Both the position numbers and the translations under genes were made by a program. Below, piece by piece: positions 53,986 to 64,000 of a DNA stretch of 64,000 bases. The DNA is from Octopus sinensis (taxonomy: Eukaryota). Within the stretch, counting starts at the first letter, position 1. Every line of letters starts with the position of its first letter. The notes below the pieces were generated by a model, which saw only the letters and a list, made by a program, of their open reading frames with translations, did not search any database and was not told where the DNA came from. The stretch covers positions 14,384,001 to 14,448,000 of the forward strand of contig NC_043009.1 of assembly GCF_006345805.1 (NCBI RefSeq), given 5' to 3'.

Positions 53986-54973
53986 ATATATATATATATA
54001 TAATATATATATTATATTATATATATATGTATATATATATAATTAAAAGTCTCCGGATTCAGTCCGGATGATCTTTCTTTCAATATATTTAGTTAAATCC
54101 AGTGGCATCAGGATTGTTTCTAACAATCACTTACGTGGATATTTCTTCCTCAAAATCTGAATATGTATGTATGTATATATAATTTTTATACATATATTAT
54201 TGGAGCGTAACGTACATCTTGTTCTCTTATGTATGTAAACATTCCACTTTTGTACGACTTTTACACACACTTTCTCTATTCTTCACTAGCCTCTGGTTTT
54301 CTCTTTTCTTGCCTCTGATTCTTTGGTCTCCTCTTTCCCCACTCTCTCACATTTCTCTGTCTTTCTCACTTTGCACCACTGATTCTGTTGCCAAGCCAAT
54401 CCTTGGCACGCTCTGTTTCTTCTCCCCTCTTTAATTCCTTCTTTCTCACTCCCCCATTGGTGCCTTTGTCCCTCTTTTTCTCTCTCTCTTTGATTCCTTT
54501 GCCTCCTGTTTTTTCTCTCTCTTCTTCTCTCCTCTCACGTGACCGCTGGTCAACTAGCATTTCGGCCTTTGACCGCCGCCACGACAACACCCCTTTCTTC
54601 GCTGCCGCAAAGGCATTTATTTCCAAATACGCCAGCTAAGATAAGTTAAACTGTCTAAAGTCGTAAGACACCCGCTGTTTTTGTCCTGTTATTACTATTC
54701 TTGTTTTTTGTATTTATATTCGTGTGGCATCGACTGTTTTTCTGTCCTTGTTTCTTATACATTCGATCCTTTTTCCAAGAAATCTAATGCTCTTAGCTTA
54801 GTTTTTCCTTGGGGCTGGCCGGATCGGAGTGATATCAGGATTAATCAGCCGAAATTGCGAGGATGATCCGGTTCCTGACTGAAGATTAGAGGCTTCGAAT
54901 GACCCGTCCGTTTTTTGTGTCGTCTCCTTGTGTGTTTTGCGTTCTTGTCCCATTTTGTATTTTTTATATAATT

Positions 54974-55018
<45 letters not shown>

Positions 55019-55835
55019 CATACATACATGTGTGTGTGTGTGTGTGAATGTGTATGTGTGTCAAAGAAAGCAAAAGATAAGATAAAAATGATAGTGTTCA
55101 GGAGTTGGTCCAGTATGGTGGCCACAGGAATTTCTGTCCAAGAAAGTTGAACATCACTCCCACTTTCTCTAACATACCCACACACACTCTCTCTTTCTTA
55201 TTATTACTCCCATTGTCACAATCAACATTACTACTAACACTAAAACACCATCAACTCTTCCTAAGTTTTTTGTCTCTCTTTCTCTCGCTCTATTTTTCTT
55301 TCCTTCTTTCTTTCTTTCTTTCTTTCTCCCTTTCTCTGTCTTTGCCACCGCCCTCACCGTCTCTATGCCTACTATTACTCTAACCACACCGCGAGGAAGT
55401 GATATTGAATAGTGAAAGAGAGGTTCAAAGTGACACACTGACACACAGAAATTAGTTTTCGTATTTATTATATAAGATGTGTGTGTGTGTGTATGTGTGC
55501 ATACATATGTGTGCTTTTGTATGTCTGACACATATGCAAGTATATATGTTTGTGCGTGTGAAGAAAGGGACATAAATAGATAGATCGATCGATAGGCAAA
55601 TAGATAGATAGACATACATATACATATGCGTGTGCGATTGTGTGGATGTTTGTGTGTGTGCATATGCGTGTGTATGTGTGTGTGTTTGTGTGTGACTGTG
55701 GCTGTGTGCGTATAAAAAATCCCAAATCCAAGTTCTCTACATACATTCATACAAACATATACGCATACATTTGTGGGTATGAGTATATCTATATGTCAGC
55801 CTATGTATATTCGGATCAAATCGTGATAGACTTAC

Positions 55836-55899
55836 TGTTTAGGACAGAATTGCTTTATTTGTTCAAATACCACCGCGAGAATCTTTATTTTCCAAGCCA
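55836..55899 (-). CDS. Candidate exon (AWKIKILAVVFEQIKQFCPK)
   Basis: Strong donor ACA|GTAAGT, modest acceptor TACTTGAACAG|; phase 1 to 2. Confidence 0.15.
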
Positions 55900-55920
55900 C
55901 TGTTCAAGTAACAGCGGGAA

Positions 55921-56185
55921 TGGCCTTCGTGTTAAGAAGCTCGCTTGCAACCAAATGGCAACAGGTTCAGTCCCACTGCACTGCTCTGGTCGACCACTGC
56001 GTTGTGAAAGCCCATCGTGTGTGCGTGTGTGTGTGTGTTTGTGTGTGTCCCTTAACACTACTTGACAACCGGTGTCGATTTTCTTAGAATATAATTATTA
56101 GCAGTGTCAGAACAATTTGTTCGCTTAAAACGTTTCAAAACGGTACCTCAGTATGGCTGCAGTCCAATAACTGAGACACCAAAGA
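55921..56185 (+). mobile_element. tRNA-derived SINE family A, decayed plus-strand copy
   Basis: AGGTTCAGTCCCACTGC, internal (GT)n, and tail CAGTATGGCTGCAGTCCAATAACTGAGAC. Other plus-strand remnants at ~47085-47200 and ~50680-50957. Confidence 0.6.
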
Positions 56186-56284
56186 AATGAAAAAAACAAA
56201 AAGGCGTCCATTCATTGAAGGACACACTATCGACTGACTCTTCAATAGAAAGCTGTATGGTTCTTGAACCTTTCAAGAATAGCC

Positions 56285-56326
56285 TTAAATTTTTGTTCCG
56301 TGTGATAACACGGAACAAAAATTTAA
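56285..56326. repeat. Perfect 19-bp inverted repeat with 4-nt loop
   Basis: TTAAATTTTTGTTCCGTGT-GATA-ACACGGAACAAAAATTTAA. Confidence 0.9.
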
Positions 56327-56984
56327 ACGGTGTGTGTATTTGTTCGTGTGTAATAAAATAATATAAATGCGTGTAGTCAATAAATGTATGTACATATTTT
56401 TATACTTGTATTGTTGATGTTGATGTTTAATATCAGGCCATGTTTAGTGGTTTAGACCTGTACCAGCACTTCTTGGAAACTACATTATCTCGTGACTACA
56501 TTAATCACAAAATTCGGGTGTGATTTGATGTTTCTTTCATTGCCAGATTCTACATATCATATTGCCTCACATGTGAGTGTATATGTGTGTATGTAGTTGT
56601 GCATCTACGTGTTTTTTTGCATGTGTGCTTATGCTTTTGTGTGAGAATACGTGTATGCATATATGTATGTGCGTAAAGTGCTTTTAGTTATATGTGCATG
56701 TATGTTTGCTCACGATTATTCTGTGTATATTCGTGCGTTTGTGCAAGTGTGTATATATACATACATACATGCATACACACAGAAATGCAAACACACACGC
56801 ATGCACACACACATATATACTTACATGTGCCAGTGTGTGTATCTATATGCTATGCATGTCTCTGTATGTCTGCCCGAGCGTTAATACATGCACAATAGTG
56901 AGATATATATACGTATATGTGCATGTATACATGCACGTAAGTATGTATCTATGCATGTATGTATGCATGTATATATATGTATAT

Positions 56985-57070
<86 letters not shown>

Positions 57071-58754
57071 CACACATACACACACATATATGAATGTGAG
57101 CACTTTTATGTATGTGTGAAATAAATCGTTAATCATCGCCCATTTATTTTTTATAGCCTAACATTCGAAACCCGACAAAAGACGGTATAGCTAAAAATCA
57201 GAGTATTGAAGCGAATTCAATGATACAGCAGTCAGAAAAATCTTGATAATAATGGTTTCTGATTGAGGCGTTAAAGGCGGTAATTTTGAGGGAAAGGGGT
57301 TATCTGAGAGTATCGACCTCAATGCTCGGCAGATACGTTATTTCATCTACCCTGAAGTGCCGATGTATAGAGAGGGATATTATATACACAGGAATTTTCC
57401 GATGCTCTACTAATTTTTCCAGAAAGTAATATCGCTAATAATGACTTCAGATCATGGCCCAGCGGCAGCAGATTTATGTTGCGATGGCGAAGTTGATTAC
57501 ATCCACGCCATTCCTTGACTGATACTTATTTTATCGACTCCGCAAAGATGGAAGGCAAAGTGGACTTCAGCAGAATTCGAATCCAGAATGGACGAAATAT
57601 TGCTAAGACGTAAATAGATGCGGTAACTTTCGATGCGAAGCTTCCAGAGTTACTTCGAACACTACTAGGTTACAATTTTAGGAAGTTGTTCAAACTTCCC
57701 TATTTTAAAGTAATCCAGAAGAGACTGTCCAAAGAGTTCTGCATTGCACTAAGTTACACGCAAGCAATCGTCGCTCACAGAATGTTTTCCGCTTCACCAA
57801 CTGTTAGAGCACTGTGGCTGTCTGGTAACATCCAAAACGCTAAACACATAATGTCCGTTTAAGACTGACGCATGGTTGTAGCTCGATCAAAGAGAAGAGT
57901 TTGCAGAAAGTATTTGCAAAAAAAACCCAAAAAACTTCTCATACTAAATCAGGTTTATTTTCGTTGTTGTCGTCAGCGGTCGTCAAGATACCTCAGTCGG
58001 TGCATCTGCCTATGTGAATGCCATCGAATTATCTACTGCGACATCAGACTACATCGAAATGGGCGTTGACAGTAGATGTATTGTCTGACCAGCTGAACTT
58101 GTCTTGCTGTAGGTCCACGCTGCCTTTCATCCTTTCGGGGTCGATAACGTAAGCACCAGTAAAGTGCATGTAATCAACTTCACCTTACCAGCATAAATCT
58201 GCTAGTCCTGTACCAAGATTTGAAATCATTATTAACGATATTACGCGCTGGAAGTTTCAGTAGCAGTATAGCATCGGAAAATACATGTCCGTAGTTGTGA
58301 GCCATGTCAACCCCCTCACAATATTTTTTATTTGAAAATTCATACAAAGACAGATGCTGCTGATGTTGCTGCTACTGCTGCTGTTACTACGACTTATAAT
58401 AATAATAACAATAATCCTTTCTAATATAGGCACAAGGCCTGAAATTTGGGGGAGAGGTATAGTCAATTGCATCGAGTCCAGTGTTTAACTGGTACTCAAT
58501 TTATCGACTTCGAAATGATGAAAGGCAAAGTCGACTTCGGCGTCAGAACGTAAAGACGGACGAAATTCTAACCTGCTTGCTAACAATTCTGCCAGCTCGT
58601 AGCCTTCTTCTAATAATAATCATAATGGTTTCAAATTTTGCCACAAGGGCAGAAATTTGGTGGGGATTGGTACTTATTTTATCGACCATGACAGGCAAAG
58701 TCGACCTCGGTGGAATTTGAAATAATGATAACCATAATAATAATAAAAATTTGC

Positions 58755-59806
58755 TATTGATCTCGTGCAGGATACCCAAACTGAACAACCCGAGGGAAGT
58801 ACGGCAACTATTGTTGCAAAGAAGGTGAAAATGATGGCAACGAAAAAAGCGCACGAGCAATTGGCTGATAGGGGGGAGGAGAAACCTCTGCACGGCAAAT
58901 ATGTGACCCGCAGCAAACAAGCTGATGTTGACCAGAAGCAAACCCATCAGTGGCTACGGAGCTCAGGGCTAAAAGCAGAGAGCGAAGGTTTCATCCTGGC
59001 TGCTCAAGATCAAAGCCTATTAACCCGGAACTACCAGGCCAATGTGATGAAAAATGGAGCAGACCCAAAATGCCGATTCTGCAACGACCTGATTGAAACA
59101 GTGGACCATCTAATCTCTGGATGTAAAGTCTTAGCACCAGTGGAGTATAAATTAAGACATGACAGAGTTGGCCAATATCTACACTGGCTAATAAGTCGGC
59201 ATTGCAATATCAAAACTGCCGACAAGTGGTATAATCACCACCCTGAGGCTGTAACTAAAGGAGAAAATGTAACCATTCTGTGGGACTTTCCAGTACATAC
59301 AGACCGAACCATCAAGGCCAATAAACCAGATATTGTTGTGAAAGACCAAAACAATAAAGTTTGCTTATTGCTCGACATGAGCATCCCCTGTGATCATAAT
59401 ATCTCAGCGAAAGAGTTTGACAAGCTCAGAAAATATAAAGACCTACTCATTGAAATTGAGAAAATGTGGTATCTCAAGGCGGTTACAATACCAGTGATCG
59501 TAGGAGCACTAGGAATGATCAAGAAGGGAACCGAAAATTATATGAGAATGATCCCTGGCTTACCATCCCTGCAAGAAGTGCAAAAGATTGTTTTAACTGG
59601 TACATCACACGTATTGAGAAGAGCATTGTCGATGTGAGAACTGTTGCTGCTCATGTATTTTAATTAACTTAAAAAAAAAAAAAAAATGAACGAACTATTG
59701 AGTTTGGTTTAATGGCCTACCAATGTATACTATGAGTTTCTTTGCCCTAGGAGTCGGGAAGACACTCGGCAAGAAATTGAAGCAAATTTGAAAGAAGAAA
59801 AATAAA

Positions 59807-59810
<4 letters not shown>
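58755..59810 (+). mobile_element. Dong/R4-clade retrotransposon, subfamily 2, 5'-truncated, intact 290-aa C-terminal ORF (58765-59637)
   Basis: KPLHGKY, WLRSSGLKAESEGFILAAQDQSL, zinc knuckle CRFC..ETVDHLISGC, RHDRVG, RLE motifs KPDIVV..LLDMSIP..KLRKY. Preceded by AAT repeats and ends in (AAT)n. Confidence 0.92.
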
Positions 59811-59848
<38 letters not shown>

Positions 59849-59871
59849 TAATATAATAATAATAATAATAA

Positions 59872-60440
59872 GGAACCTACATACATTGGAAGCTATGCCA
59901 ACATTATGGAATAACAACAGAAAAAAGATGGTATAGGCACACACCAGAAAAGGTCACAGAAAACGAGAAAGCAACCATACTCTGGGATATGCCGATACAC
60001 ACAGATAGAGAAATTAAGGCCAACAGACCAGATATAGTTGTCAGAGATCATGAAGAAAAAAAATGCTTTCTAATTGATGTATCAATACCGGCAGATGACA
60101 ACGTGTCTCTAAAAGAAATGGAGAAACTCTCAAAATACAAAGACCTGGAAATAGAGGTAACTAGAATGTGGAACCTGAAAACAGAAACAATTCCTATCAT
60201 AGTAGGTGCATTAGGCACGATAAAAAAATATTCAGACAAATACATAACAAAAACACCAGGACTTACAAACACATATAACATACAGAAAATTGCACTACTA
60301 GGCACTGCACACATCCTACGCAGAACACTTTCCATACAATAACCATCAGAGCATCACAACAAATCACAGCACATACCCAAGGCACACAGAGCTGCGCTCG
60401 GTAGTGAAGTGAAAGTACGCTATAAAAATAAAACTACTGA
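59872..60440 (+). mobile_element. Dong/R4-clade retrotransposon, subfamily 1, short 5'-truncated copy
   Basis: ORF 59989-60342 RPDIVVRD..LIDVSIP..EKLSKYKDL; nearly identical to 62380-62945; (AAT)n on both sides. Confidence 0.92.
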
Positions 60441-60520
60441 ATAATAATAATAATAAGAAGAAGAATAATAGTAATAATAATAATAGTAATAATAATAGTA
60501 ATAATAATGATAATGATGAT

Positions 60521-60667
60521 GATGCTCTACTAATTTTTCCAGAAAGTAATATTGTTAATAATGACTTCAGATATTGGCCCAGGGCCAGCAGATTTATGTT
60601 GCGATGGGGAAGTTGATTACATCCACGCCATTCCTTGACTGATACTTATTCTATCGACTCCGCAAAG
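60521..60667 (+). repeat. 147-bp local duplicate of 57401-57547
   Basis: Direct repeat at 3120 bp offset with 8 substitutions by my count; flanked by (AAT/GAT)n on both sides. Confidence 0.9.
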
Positions 60668-60676
60668 GTTGGATAA

Positions 60677-62946
<2,270 letters not shown>

Positions 62947-63084
62947 TAATAATAAGAATAATAATAATAACATCTGGAACGGCTCATGTACTGAGAAGAG
63001 CATTATCGCTGTGCAAACAACATCCATTCATGCATTTATTTATTCATTAATTTTTTAAATATATATTTTACCTGTGAATTTGCG

Positions 63085-63199
63085 TGTGTAATCTGGGAAT
63101 GCATACAATGAGCTTCTCTGCCCTAGGTGTACGGAAAACACTCGGCGAGAAACGGAAGAAAATTTGAAGAAAGAAGGAATAATAATAGTAATAATGATG

Positions 63200-63264
<65 letters not shown>

Positions 63265-63700
63265 GATTTTGAAATAGAAACAAATATGACTCTTCAATGG
63301 TTAGCCGTTAAAACAGTCATCTTCGTTACAGCAGCTCAGGGTCAGAGTCTGTCTATCAGAAACTACCTACCCGACATTCTTAAAAATTATGCTGATCCTA
63401 AGATCATTTGGAAAGTCAAGTAATTATAAGAAACTCGAAATAGGGGTTTCAGAAATGTGGCATACAAGAATAGCAGTTGTACCTGTGATCATCGGAGCTT
63501 TGGGGACAATACTAAATAACAATTCCAAAATATTGGATAGCGAAATATATTAGAGTTACAAAGATTGTTTTCAGGAGTACTGATCACATACCAAGAAAAA
63601 CATTATCAACTTGAAAATACTTAATTCTCACAAAACTTTTTCAAAATTGGAATATTACAAATTTACCAAAATCTTATTTCTCGGATCCTGGTCTCCTTTC
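63085..63700 (+). mobile_element. Two further Dong/R4 remnants: a 3' UTR-only piece (~63085-63180) and an internally deleted decayed piece (~63265-63700), separated by (AAT)n
   Basis: CCCTAGG...CTCGG 3' motif as at 59745; then AAQGQSLSIRNY..ADPK joined directly to the RLE C-terminal region (MW..VVPVIIGALG). Confidence 0.75.
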
Positions 63701-64000
63701 CCTACAATATGACTTAAAGCTACGCAAATGTACGTCTAGAACCACTTTAGAAGTCACTCGTCATCAAGTATTGATGTAAGCGTTTTAAATGCCTCTTGGC
63801 CACTGGATTCTCCTGTCCTTGGCCCAATGGGCTAGTCATAGAATCGAGCCTACGATCTTGTGACCATGAGCCAATTATTCTAACCACTAAGTCAACTGAG
63901 TACACTACAAGTAAATAATCCACTGATAGGTATTTAAATCCATTTTATTCCTCTCTGGTTTTGTGTTTGTGTTTATATACGCGTTACTGTTGTCGAAAAG

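Noticed and set aside
54388-54639. 83-aa ORF ending AFDRRHDNTPFFAAAKAFISKYAS
   Set aside because: Mostly a CT-rich low-complexity translation with no convincing splice sites or homology.
54877-54912. CTGAAGA...CGAATGACCCGTC in a repeat-like segment
   Set aside because: GAAT instead of GAAA and no consistent helices; at most a heavily decayed motif.
57950-57982. Minus-strand CTGACGA-CAACAAC-GAAA
   Set aside because: No stem II or stem III.

Overview
This is AT-rich, microsatellite-saturated animal DNA. The SINE families and simple-repeat load suggest a coleoid cephalopod such as Octopus (inference). There is no rRNA, tRNA gene, CRISPR array or confidently recognisable host gene, and most ORFs in the supplied track are microsatellite translations. 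Supported content: (1) many fragments of a Dong/R4-clade (RLE) non-LTR retrotransposon, nearly all abutting (AAT)n tracts, including a head-to-tail stack at 58.7-63.7 kb and a scrambled copy with an inverted RT segment at 9.7-12.3 kb; (2) RTE LINE 3' fragments; (3) at least four tRNA-derived SINE families, one with three TSD-bounded copies that share a head but carry three different tails; (4) a decayed BED-hAT transposase, a Tigger-type MITE, a short Helitron and two copies of a foldback element; (5) four sequence-unrelated minimal type I hammerhead ribozyme motifs with palindromic stem III (Penelope/retrozyme type) plus one degenerate copy, one lying in a B-box-headed, (AAT)n-containing SINE-like element. 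A speculative multi-exon minus-strand gene can be threaded across the window but is not confirmed.
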